Assembly: GCF_046119375.1 (NCBI RefSeq)
Contig: NW_027362772.1
Location: 301,258,001 to 301,322,000, forward strand
DNA length: 64,000 bases
From: Phyllobates terribilis
Taxonomy: Eukaryota
Reading direction: 5' to 3'
In this document: piece after piece, positions 52,901 through 64,000 of the stretch
How the letters are laid out: each line of letters starts with the position of its first letter
Numbering within the stretch: position 1 is the first letter of the stretch
Made by a program: the position numbers and the translations under genes
Notes under the pieces: generated by a model
What the model was told of the DNA's origin: nothing
The model's database searches: none
Seen by the model: only the letters and a program-made list of their open reading frames with translations

Positions 52901-55900
52901 CATGAAGATGGGATTCCTGATAAGGCAAAGCATGAAGATGGGATTCCAGATAAGGCAGAACATGAGGGTGGGATTCCTGATAAGGCAGAGGATTAAAATG
53001 GGATTCCTTATAAGGCAGATCATGGAGGTGGGATTCCTGATAAGACAGAGGATTAAAATGGAATTCCAGATAAGTCAGATCATGGAGGTGGGATTCCTTA
53101 TAAGGCAGGGCATGACGATGGGATTCCTAATAAGGCAGAACATAAGGGTGGGATTCCTGATAAGGAAGGGCATGAAGATGGAATTCCTGATAAGACAGAG
53201 CATTAAAATGGAATTCTAGATAAGGCTGATCATGGAGGTGGGATTCCTGATAAGGCAGAGCATGAAGATGGGATTCCAGATAAGGCAGATCATGAAGGTG
53301 GGAGTCCTGATAAGGAAGAGCATGAAGATGGGATTCCTAATAAGGCAGAACATGAGGGTCGGATTCCTGATAAGGCAGATCATGGAGGTGGGATTCCTTA
53401 TAAGGCAGGACATGAAGATGGGATTCCTGATAAGGCAAAGCATGAAGATGGGATTCCAGATAAGGAAGAACATGAGGGTGGGATTCCTGATAAGGCAGGG
53501 CATGAAGATGGGATTACTAATAAGGCAGAACATAAGGGTGGGATTCCTGATAAGGGAGGGCATGAAGATGGAATTCCTGATAAGACAGAGCATTAAAATG
53601 GAATTCTAGATAAGGCTGATCATGGAGGTGGGATTCCTGATAAGGCAGAGCATGAAGATGGGATTCCAGATAAGGCAGATCATGAAGGTGGGAGTCCTGA
53701 TAAGGAAGAGCATGAAGATGGGATTCCTAATAAGGCAGAACATGAGGGTCGGATTCCTGATAAGGCAGAGCATGATGATGGGAGTCCTGATAAGGCAGAG
53801 CATGACGATGGGATTCCTGATAAGGCAGGACACGACGATGGGATTCCTAATAAGGCAGAACATGAGGGTGGGATTCCTGATAAGGCAGGGCATGAAGATG
53901 GGAATCCAGATAAGGCAGGTCATGAAGGTGGGATTCCTGATAACGAACAGCATGAAGATGGGATTCCTGACAAGGCAGAGCATGACGATGGGATTCCTGA
54001 TAAGGCAGGACACGACGATGGGATTCCTGATAAGGCAGGACACGACGATGGGATTCCTAATAAGGCAGAACATGAGGGTGGGATTCCTGATAAGGCAGGG
54101 CATGAAGATGGGAATCCAGATAAGGCAGGTCATGAAGGTGGGATTCCTGATAACGAAGAGCATGAAGATGGGATTCCTAATAAGTTCGAACATGAGGGTG
54201 GGATTCCTGATAAGGCAGAGGATTAAAATGGGATTCCTTATAAGGCAGATCATGGAGGCGGGATTCCCGATAAGGCAGGGCATGAAGATGGGATTACTGA
54301 TAAGACAGAGGATTAAAATTGAATTCCTGATAAGGCAGAGCATGAAGATAGGATTCCTGATAAGGCTGCGCATAAAGATGGGATTCCTGATAAGGCAGAA
54401 TATGAAGATGGGATTCCTGATGAGGCAGAGCATGAATATGGGATTCCTGATGAAGCAGAACATGAAGATGGGATTCCTAATAAGGCAGAACATGAGGGTG
54501 GGATTCCTGATAAGGCAGAGCATGAAGATGGGATTCCTGATAAGGCAGAGGATTAAAATGGGATTCCTGATAAGGCAGATCATGGAGGTGGGATTTCTGA
54601 TAAAACAGAGGATTAAAATGGAATTCCAGATAAGGCAGATCATGGAGGTGGGATTCCTGATAAGGCAGAGCATGAAGATGGGATTCCTAATAAGGGAGAA
54701 CATGAAGGTGGGATTACTGATAAGGCAGAGGATTAAAATGGGATTCCTGATAAGGCAGATCATGGAGGTGGGATTCCTGATAAGGCAGAGGATTAAAATG
54801 GAATTCTGGATAAGGCAGATCATGGAGGTGGGATTCCTGATAAGGCAGGGCATGAAAATGGGATTCCAGATAAGGCAGATCATAAAGGTGGGATTCCTGA
54901 TAAGGCAGAGCATGAAGATGGGATTCCTAATAAGGCAGAACATGAGGGTGGGATTCCTGATAAGGCAGAGCATGACGATGTGATTCCCGATAAGGCAGAG
55001 CATGAAGATGGGATTCCCGATAAGGCAGAGCATGAAGATGGGATTCCCGATAAGGCAGGGCATGAAGATGGGATTCCTGATAAGGCAGAGGATTAAAATA
55101 GGATTTCTGATCAGGCAGATCATGGAGGTGGGATTCCTGATAAGGAAGAGGATTAAAATGGAATTCCGCACAAAGCTGATCATGGAGGTGGGATTCCTGA
55201 TAAGACAGAGGATTAAAATGGAATTCCAGATAAGTCAGATCATGGAGGTGGGATTCCTTATAAGGCAGGGCATGACGATGGGATTCCTAATAAGGCAGAA
55301 CATGAGGGTGGGATTCCTGATAAGGCAGAGGATTAAAATGGGATTCCTGATAAGGCAGATCATGGAGGTGGGATTCCTTATAAGGCAGGGCATGAAGATG
55401 GGATTTCTGATAAGGCAAAGCATGAAGATGGGTTTCCAGATAAGGCAGAACATGAGGGTGGGATTCCTGATAAGGCAGAGGATTAAAATGGGATTCCTTA
55501 TAAGGCAGATCATGGAGGTGGGATTCCTGATAAAACAGAGGATTAAAATGGAATTCCAGATAAGTCAGATCATGGAGGTGGGATTCCTTATAAGGCAGGG
55601 CATGACGATGGGATTCCTAATAAGGCAGAACATGAGGGTGGGATTCCTGATAAGGCAGAGGATTAAAATGGGATTCCTGATAAGGCAGATCATGGAGGTG
55701 GGATTCCTTATAAGGCAGGGCATGAAGATGGGATTCCTGATAAGGCAAAGCATGAAGATGGGATTCCAGATAAGGCAGAACATGAGGGTGGGATTCCTGA
55801 TAAGGCAGAGGATTAAAATGGGATTCCTTATAAGGCAGATCATGGAGGTGGGATTCCTGATAAGACAGAGGATTAAAATGGAATTCCAGATAAGTCAGAT

Positions 55901-57650
55901 CATGGAGGTGGGATTCCTTATAAGGCAGGGCATGACGATGGGATTCCTAATAAGGCAGAACATAAGGGTGGGATTCCTGATAAGGGAGGGCATGAAGATG
56001 GAATTCCTGATAAGACAGAGCATTAAAATGGAATTCTAGATAAGGCTGATCATGGAGGTGGGATTCCTGATAAGGCAGAGCATGAAGATGGGATTCCAGA
56101 TAAGGCAGATCATGAAAGTGGGAGTCCTGATAAGGAAGAGCATGAAGATGGGATTCCTAATAAGGCAGAACATGAGGGTCGGATTCCTGATAAGGCAGAT
56201 CATGGAGGTGGGATTCCTTATAAGGCAGGGCATGAAGATGGGATTCCTGATAAGGCAAAGCATGAAGATGGGATTCCAGATAAGGAAGAACATGAGGGTG
56301 GGATTCCTGATAAGGCAGGGCATGAAGATGGGATTACTAATAAGGCAGAACATAAGGGTGGGATTCCTGATAAGGGAGGGCATGAAGATGGAATTCCTGA
56401 TAAGACAGAGCATTAAAATGGAATTCTAGATAAGGCTGATCATGGAGGTGGGATTCCTGATAAGGCAGAGCATGAAGATGGGATTCCAGATAAGGCAGAT
56501 CATGAAGGTGGGAGTCCTGATAAGGAAGAGCATGAAGATGGGATTCCTAATAAGGCAGAACATGAGGGTCGGATTCCTGATAAGGCAGAGCATGATGATG
56601 GGAGTCCTGATAAGGCAGAGCATGACGATGGGATTCCTGATAAGGCAGGACACGACGATGGGATTCCTAATAAGGCAGAACATGAGGGTGGGATTCCTGA
56701 TAAGGCAGGGCATGAAGATGGGAATCCAGATAAGGCAGGTCATGAAGGTGGGATTCCTGATAACGAACAGCATGAAGATGGGATTCCTGACAAGGCAGAG
56801 CATGACGATGGGATTCCTGATAAGGCAGGACACGACGATGGGATTCCTAATAAGGCAGAACATGAGGGTGGGATTCCTGATAAGGCAGGGCATGAAGATG
56901 GGAATCCAGATAAGGCAGGTCATGAAGGTGGGATTCCTGATAACGAAGAGCATGAAGATGGGATTCCTAATAAGTTCGAACATGAGGGTGGGATTCCTGA
57001 TAAGGCAGATCATGGAGGTGGGATTCCTTATGAGGCAGGGCATGAAGATTGGATTCCTGATAAGACAGAGGATTAAAATGGAATTCCAGATAAGGCAGAT
57101 CATGGAGGCGGGATTCCTGATAAGGCAGAGCATGAAGATGGGATTCCTAATAAGGCAGAACATGAGGGTGGGATTCCTGATAAGGCAGAGCATGACGATG
57201 GGATTCCTGATAAGTCATGGCATGAAGATGGGATTCCTAATAAGGCAGAACATGAGGGTGTGATTCCTGATAAGGCAGAGCATGACGATGGGATTCCTGA
57301 TAAGGCAGGGCATGAAGATGGGATTCCTAATAACGCAGAACATGAGGGTGGGATTCCTGATAAGGCAGAGGATTAAAATGGGATTCCTGATAAGGCAGAT
57401 CATAAAGATGGGATTCCTAATAAGGCAGAACATGAAGGTGGGATTCCTGATAAATCAGAGCATGACGATGGGATTCTTGATAAGGCAGGGCATGAAGATG
57501 GGATTCCTGATGAGGCAGAGCATGAAGATGGGATTAATGATAAAGCAGAGCATGAAGATGGGATAGCTGATAAAGCAGCAGATGAAGATGGGATTTTTGA
57601 TAGGGCAGGGCAATAGGACAGCATTCATGATAAGGCAGAGCATGATGATT
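46922..57650 (+). repeat. 30-bp minisatellite (GATAAGGMAGAGCATGAAGATGGGATTAAT/CCT), ~357 copies; carries ORF 46808-51067 (DKEEHEDGIN)n of uncertain status
   Basis: Strict 30-nt period, with only one 3-nt deletion seen (~49495). Confidence 0.97.
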
Positions 57651-59017
57651 TTGTGTTAACTATTTCCTTTCCAGAGTACACAGCTTAGAAGATACAGTAC
57701 AGTGCTCATAATATAGCATTGCTCAGAAGGCAGATGTATAAGATGGCATTACTAATAAGGTAGATCGTGAAGATGTCATTTCTCATAAGGCAGAGCATGA
57801 AGACATTTATGGTCAGTAATGGGTAACCCCTTTAAATGATGGCAGGGGGCACAGATCAGGTCATTGGTCAGCTCGGCCCCCTATTCCTCTGCCTGGTATT
57901 TAATTGGCAGTGTCCTGCTCAGCCTGAAGAGATTCTACCCCCCACAGGGCTCCAAGCTTAGAAGGTCTACAGGTCACTGTCCAGATGTCCAGACAGATGT
58001 GCTGCCCCCCAGCCTCACACCCAGGACTCAGGGGTTACAGGACACAACATCCAGATCCTGACATCTTTTGTCTTCCTCCCTTTCTTTTCTTTGTTTGTGT
58101 TTTCTCTCTTTTTAGCTGTGGAGAATCCCTGTCCTCATTACACCCTGATCTATCTACCTATCTGTCTATCTATACTCTGATCTGTCTCTGTCTACACTGA
58201 TACCAGTGACATTGTGCCATGAACTCTTCTAAACTCTCCATCACTATTGTCTCCTCTTCTCCCCAGTCACCTGGGTACCTGCAGCTGATATTTTAGGGTT
58301 CAGCCCCCCATGTCCTCCCCATCCTCCTCCTCCTCCTCCTCCCTGCCCCTCCTACATCTCTCATCTCCCCTGCTGATGATGCTGGAGAGGATTTTAGTGG
58401 AGCAGAAGACAGGTAGACAAGGAGGAGAAGACAGAAGAAGAGTCAGGGCTGCAGGGTCTGGTGAGAGTCCTCCATTCCTAGCTCTACATTGCTTTGCCTT
58501 TATTTGATCTTTTCCTCTGTTATTTCTTGAGCTCTTCAGTCTCTTCTTCTGTTTTCCACTTCTACATTTCCAGCTCCTCTCTCTCCACAGACAGTGGCTG
58601 GCATAGGTGGTACAGTGCCAGCCTCTATGGGCATTTAACATTCACTTCACTCCTCTGATACATTACTTATTGTCGGTACATTGTAGCAATCAGCTTCTCT
58701 CTCTTTCCTTCTGTCTTTTGTATAGAGGGGGGTGGGGACATTTCTAGAAATCTTAAAGTGTTATTCCTCTTACTTAACATGGGTAAAGATGGCATTTATT
58801 ATTGTCTTATATATTAGTGTTCTCATAGTGTTGTAGACTTGTATTTGCAGTCCCATGTAAAACCAAAAAAAGATTCATGTGCTGCTACCTTTGTGAGTTC
58901 TTTCAAATGACAAGCTCAGCTCTGCTACATCTGATGGTATAGATTAATGCTGGGAATGTGAAATTGTGAAATCTGTATCTTGTAGTTGTGTGTTATAACA
59001 TATGAGGTTCGCATGTG

Positions 59018-59022
<5 letters not shown>

Positions 59023-59067
<45 letters not shown>
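59023..59067. repeat. (TA)n microsatellite
   Basis: About 22 TA units. Confidence 0.95.
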
Positions 59068-59068
<1 letters not shown>

Positions 59069-59659
59069 CTACAACAGAAGTATGGCTAGACATGGATATA
59101 TATATGCATGTGTACAATCACTGTAATGTGGTGCGAAGAATTGCTAAGAGGGGATTATGTCAATAATAACTTAATTTAATAACTTATTAAGCCGCAGAAA
59201 AGGATTAAAACGATAAATATATTGTGTAATAAATTATTAGATAAAATATCGTGAAAATAAAAAATATATATTATTAATAATTGTAATTATTTCAAGGCAT
59301 ATTTGTTATGACAAAATAGAATATAAATGACTTAAATACAGAGATAAAAATGTATATATCTGTATAAAATACATCAAAAGATAAAAGAAAAAAAAATGAA
59401 TTAAAAAATAAATAAATGTAATGTAATGAAATACATCAAAAGATAAAAGAAATAAAAGAAAAAAAAAAACATAAATAAAATGTAATGATATAAAATTTTT
59501 AATGATCATTTTATTTATGGAATTTCATTAAGGAAATAACCTGAGATGAACGGTGCAATGACGGACTTCCGATCGGACCCATTCTCCGCCCTGATTGTAA
59601 TAATCTTTGCATTTATGATACAAATCGGATGAGATTATTTGAGATCGAATCAATTTTTT

Positions 59660-60300
59660 GAAAAATGTATCAGAGATTTTACAAAATGTTCCTCTTCTGC
59701 TGTATCAGCCTCCAGTCTCTCCTAGAAGGTCGTCCACTACAAGAATTCATCTCCATGTGGTCGTGTCTGAGGTCGGACATTGATGAGTTTAGGAGGGTGA
59801 AGTCTTGGGGCCATCAATGTTTTGCTCTTCAGACTTGGCTTCTTACTTCTCATGGGGGGAGAGTCCAGGAAAGGGTCATTCTGGAACTATTACTCGGTCA
59901 CAATGCTCTTGAGTAGCCTTCTTGATTTGGGGCAGAACTTGCCAACCTTTATTCCTCCAAACTTTTCATTGGGGCAGGAAGCCTTCTCCTGGCCTCCACC
60001 AAACCCCGATCTCTTGATTTGACCACGAGATGGAGCGGAATATATATCTACTGCTCCATGGTCCATTGGTGGCTATCTCACTCCGGTCCTGCCAGTGCTT
60101 GGCATCATGTAGGTGATCTGAGGCTTATGGGCAACTGCTCAACCGTGGAGACCCCAATGCATGAAGCCCCCAATGAAAGAGCTGAGATCTGTTGTGGCTA
60201 CTGGGAATGGGCAACACTATCGGGACTTGTAGGAAAAGTGGCAGTGGTGCCATGATGCCCCGGTACTCCTCCAGTTCTGCCCATTCAGGCATTCACTACT
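59660..60300 (-). mobile_element. Highly decayed Tc1-like transposase relic
   Basis: Minus-strand pieces GLHALG.LHG*AVAHKPQIT, QWTMEQ, KFGGIK and TSMSDL match Tc1 motifs (ELHGMGFHGRAAAHKP, HWTLEQW, VKFGGG, TSVSDL). Confidence 0.55.
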
Positions 60301-61920
60301 TAGAACGGGGTCACATACTTTGGTCCTGTATGTTTTTACTATATGTGTACATATGGTCAGTCATCTGTTCCATTAAGGTCATTGATCTTGTGTGACCCCA
60401 TTGATGGAAATGGTCACAACCCTTATAGGTCCCCTGATGTCAGCCATTGTTATGGTTTCCCAAATACAGTCTTAACCCCCCCCCCCCCCCCCCCCTCCGC
60501 CCCTTCATTAAACTGAGACCATTAAACTCAATGATCCTTGTCCCCACTGGGGACCCTCTTCCCCGTTAGACCACCTACCAATCAAAATTGGTGTGTAGGC
60601 AACAATATGTCCCCTCCTTGTTGTAGGACATCATTGGGTGAGGGTTTTACTTGGTGCACATTGGCAGAGACTTACCTACTTACTGATGGTTTCCTATCAA
60701 CACCAATAGTTTGCTGAGCTGGTACTTGTGCCCCTATTGTGATTTTGCTAGTTTTTGCATAATATAGTCCCCACAATGATCCGCTAAGGCTTATAGGATC
60801 ATTATGGGAACTATATTATGCAAAAATTAGATTCTAAGCATTGGATCTGCACTGGACATAGGTCTCTGATTTTACCTATTAAAGGGAGGTCTCAAGTGTG
60901 AATGACCCCCCAATATTAAAAGTGTCGATGACCAATATAAAGTCCAGACTAAAGTGAACTTCTAACATGTCAGCTATCGTTGGTCTATGACCGAACACAC
61001 GTCCGACCATCACTTTTGGGTGTGTTTTCCCCTTTAAGTCGGAACAAAGGCGAAACCTCTATGGATCCGTCAGTGAAATAGCAAATTGCTTAACTCAGCG
61101 CCAACATCTAACCCCCCCACCCCGTCCTCCTGCTTACAAAGTCATCGCAGAATCGCTTACACAGATGATCCGGCTATAGACCCGCACCCCTCCCCCGGTA
61201 TACGGCCACGTATTGATTATGTAAATGTCACGGGTGATATTGGATGCGCCCGTGTCTCTGTAATTACTGCTGATGCATCTAATTACTATATATGACTGTA
61301 TTATGTACAGTCCCCGGGGGTCTCATTGTTAGCACAGGGGTACAGGGTGTGACCCCCCCCCCACATTCTCAGGAGTTTTCTCAAATCTATTCTTATAGGT
61401 TAATGCTGCAGTGTGTGATATATGGCGGTATTACGTGCGTACATATCGCTGCTGCTGGTCAAAACTGGTGCAGACGATCATCTCGTTTATTATGGGATCC
61501 CACTGGTTAGTAGTCAGTAGCAGGGGGGCTACTATTGTGGATGCAGGGGTTTTAGTCATACCGGTGCCAAAAAGTCCCTTTGCCCCATATGAGAAGAACG
61601 AGATAGTTGTGGCCCCCTGTTGGGGATCAAAAAGTGCAATAATCACCTCTGGCCACAAGGAGGCAACGGAACGGGGGATATTGTGGGGTACATTTAAGGG
61701 GACACCTTCTCCAGCGTTCAATCTCCAAATTATCCAAGTAAACAAAAGAGCTTTACTGATCCATTAAAACGATGCGAAGAACAGAGACGTTTGTTTATTT
61801 ATTTATTATTTATTTTTTGTTTATATTTATTTAAGTTTAAAAACAGGAACATCCTCCATAAAGCCTGCGCATATCCAACCTACAAATCCGTGTTGTTTTA
61901 GTTGTGGCACGATAATAAAA

Positions 61921-62170
61921 GGCTGTGTTCACACGTTGCATTTTTGCATCGTTTTTTTTTTTTTAATGCGTTTTTTTTTATGCAAATTTTCAGCTGCGTT
62001 TTACAGTATCAGCACAGTCTATGAGATTTCAGAAGTCTCATGCACACACCTTTTGGATTTTTTTTTTTTTCCTGACTGAGCGTTTTTTTGCAGCGTTTTT
62101 CACCCATAGAAAGCAATGGGTAGTGCAAAAAACGCAGCAAAAAAAAAAAACGCAACGTGTGAACATAGCC
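61921..62170. mobile_element. Harbinger-like MITE (250 bp)
   Basis: 19-bp TIRs GGCTGTGTTCACACGTTGC / GCAACGTGTGAACATAGCC with one mismatch. Confidence 0.8.
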
Positions 62171-62909
62171 AAGTCAGTTCCTTGGTCAGTTAATATGTCT
62201 ATTATTGATGGGTATTTTGTTTTGATTTTGGGCAAATTTCAGCCAATAAAATCAGATTTTTTTGTTATTTGGAAGCTCTATAGATATGGATCGTGTTATA
62301 GAAAAAGCCGCCATGGAATAAATGCTGAAATATCCGGCACCCTCCTCTCGCTGCCCCCGACACCTCGCACATCCCCAGATTATAGAAACAGCGCTCGGGG
62401 CCGACTGGTATAAATAACTAATGGTGTAATAGGCGGCCCTGGTGGTCCTAGTGGCCCGGGGTCACCGTGCGCTGGGATTTGCTCCGACTTTCCATTAATA
62501 TAACAGCACAGAGTGCAAGAGTCAAATAAATGAGCGGGTGCCGATCAGCCTGGAGTATACATCTATATACCTACAGTCTATACAGCGGCCGGGAAGGGGC
62601 CGGAAATTCTAAAGTTTCATTATTTAAAAATGAACTTTCTAAACTCTTTTCTGTTCTTATTTGTCGCCATTTTTGCTTCTTGTCAGTGAATGGAAACCTT
62701 CTCGTTTACATCTAGAGGCCGATATAACCTTTTACTTCTCACAGCTGAGGGTTTGTCACACAATTGTATCCAGTCTACAAAAAAAAAAAAAAAACAGATT
62801 TAATCCCACAAATGTCTTCCTTCAGTCCTTATAGTTTGTTACAATGTATCCGTGCAGGAGAACGTTGTCAGTCTGGAGTCTCATACAGGATGAGATGAAA
62901 GGAGGCGAT

Positions 62910-63895
62910 TTCTTCAGCAGCACAGAGGGTTTCAGGAGGGGAGTGAGCTGATCTTGATATGTTAGTGTTATCATGCAAGAAGCATAGGCAGCAGAGTCTT
63001 CAGCAGCACAGAGTATTTCAGGTAGAGACATCCCGGACCCCAATCTACCATGTGTGTGACAGAGGGGTCTGCAGAGGAACCAGTCCCAGACCCCTGTCAC
63101 ACTAATAGCCATTTTAGGAGAGGGCAGAGCTGGGCAGTGCCAGATTTTGTGAGGAGTGGAAGGAGCAGGATCCCTCTGCAGCACAGAGTATTTCAGGAGA
63201 GGATGGTGCTGATCTTGTGTGGGGCAGTGACCTATCTGCTGATATAATATTAGTGAACCCAGGGCTGCGAGTGACAGGGCAGTGTCTGATTATGAGGAGT
63301 GCAAGGAGCAGGATCCCTCTGCAGCACAGAGTATTTCAGGAGAGGATGGTGCTGATCTTGATATGTTAGTGTTATCATCATGCAAGAAGCATAGGCAGCA
63401 GAGTCTTCAGCAGCACAGAGTATTTCAGGTAGTGACATCCCGGACCCCAATCTACCATGTGTGTGACAGAGGGGTCCGCAGAGGAACCAGTCCCAGACCC
63501 CTGTCCCACTTATAGCTATTTTAGGAGAGGGCAGAGCTGGGCAGTGCCTGATTTTGTGAGGAGTGGAAGGAGCAGGATCCCTCTGCAGCACAGAGTATTT
63601 CAGGAGAGGATGGTGCTGATCTTGTGTGGGGCAGTGACCTGTCTGCTGATATAATATTAGTGAACCCAGGGCTGCGAGTGACAGGGCAGTGTCAGATTGC
63701 GAGGACTGGAAGGAGCAGGATTCCCCTGCAGCACAGAGTATTTCAGGAGAGGATGGTGCTGATCTTGTGTGGGGCAGTGACCTGTCTGCTGATATAATAT
63801 TAGTGAACCCAGGGCTGCGAGTGACAGGGCAGTGTCAGATTGCGAGGACTGGAAGGAGCAGGATCCCCCTGCAGCACAGAGTATTTCAGGAGAGG
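62910..63895. repeat. Compound tandem duplication: 407-bp period with a 143-bp sub-unit
   Basis: TGAACCCAGGGCTGCGAG at 63254, 63661 and 63804; duplicated ORFs at 63050 and 63457. Confidence 0.88.
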
Positions 63896-64000
63896 CAGGG
63901 AGCTGCCCGCTCCTGTGATGCTCTTGGTAAGGACAGGGCTGCGTGTCACAGTTCAGGGTCACAATGTGAGATGGAGATTAGAGGAAACTGGAAGAAGCAG

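Noticed and set aside
46826-57643. Alternative-frame ORFs (MKMGLMIRKS, LIINPIFMLF, SLSLIPSSCS repeats)
   Set aside because: Shadow frames of the same 30-mer, with no supporting signals.
60752-60826. Loose resemblance of the hairpin arm to miR-450b
   Set aside because: Only partial similarity, and miR-450 is a mammalian X-linked family; no name assigned.
57660-64000. draxin coding exons expected from synteny
   Set aside because: No signal-peptide or Cys-rich draxin-like ORF recognised; probably beyond the window.

Overview
Eukaryotic vertebrate DNA, most likely a frog (inferred from repeat families and gene content; species not determinable). It contains a spliced gene cluster syntenic with human 1p36.22. 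(1) fbxo2-like on the minus strand, with 4 coding exons visible and the last exon outside the window; it appears to start directly at the FBA lectin domain with no F-box. (2) One complete fbxo6/fbxo44-like gene on the plus strand (255 aa). (3) Complete mad2l2/REV7 on the minus strand (211 aa, 8 coding exons). By synteny draxin should follow, but no draxin coding sequence was recognised. About half the window (~32 kb) is minisatellite (54, ~96, 29, 20, ~46, 28/29, ~55, ~38, 51/53 and 30 bp units), which explains most long ORFs in the track. Mobile elements: two near-full-length frameshifted Tc1/mariner copies, two Tc1 relics, a non-autonomous Helitron, a solo LTR nested in a Penelope-like palindrome, and several MITEs. 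The most notable points are the F-box-less fbxo2, arrays that multiply real splice donors, a 10.7-kb 30-bp array with a 1419-codon acidic ORF, nested insertions with intact target-site duplications, and a uORF overlapping the REV7 start. Coordinates were counted by hand; repeat edges and copy numbers are approximate.
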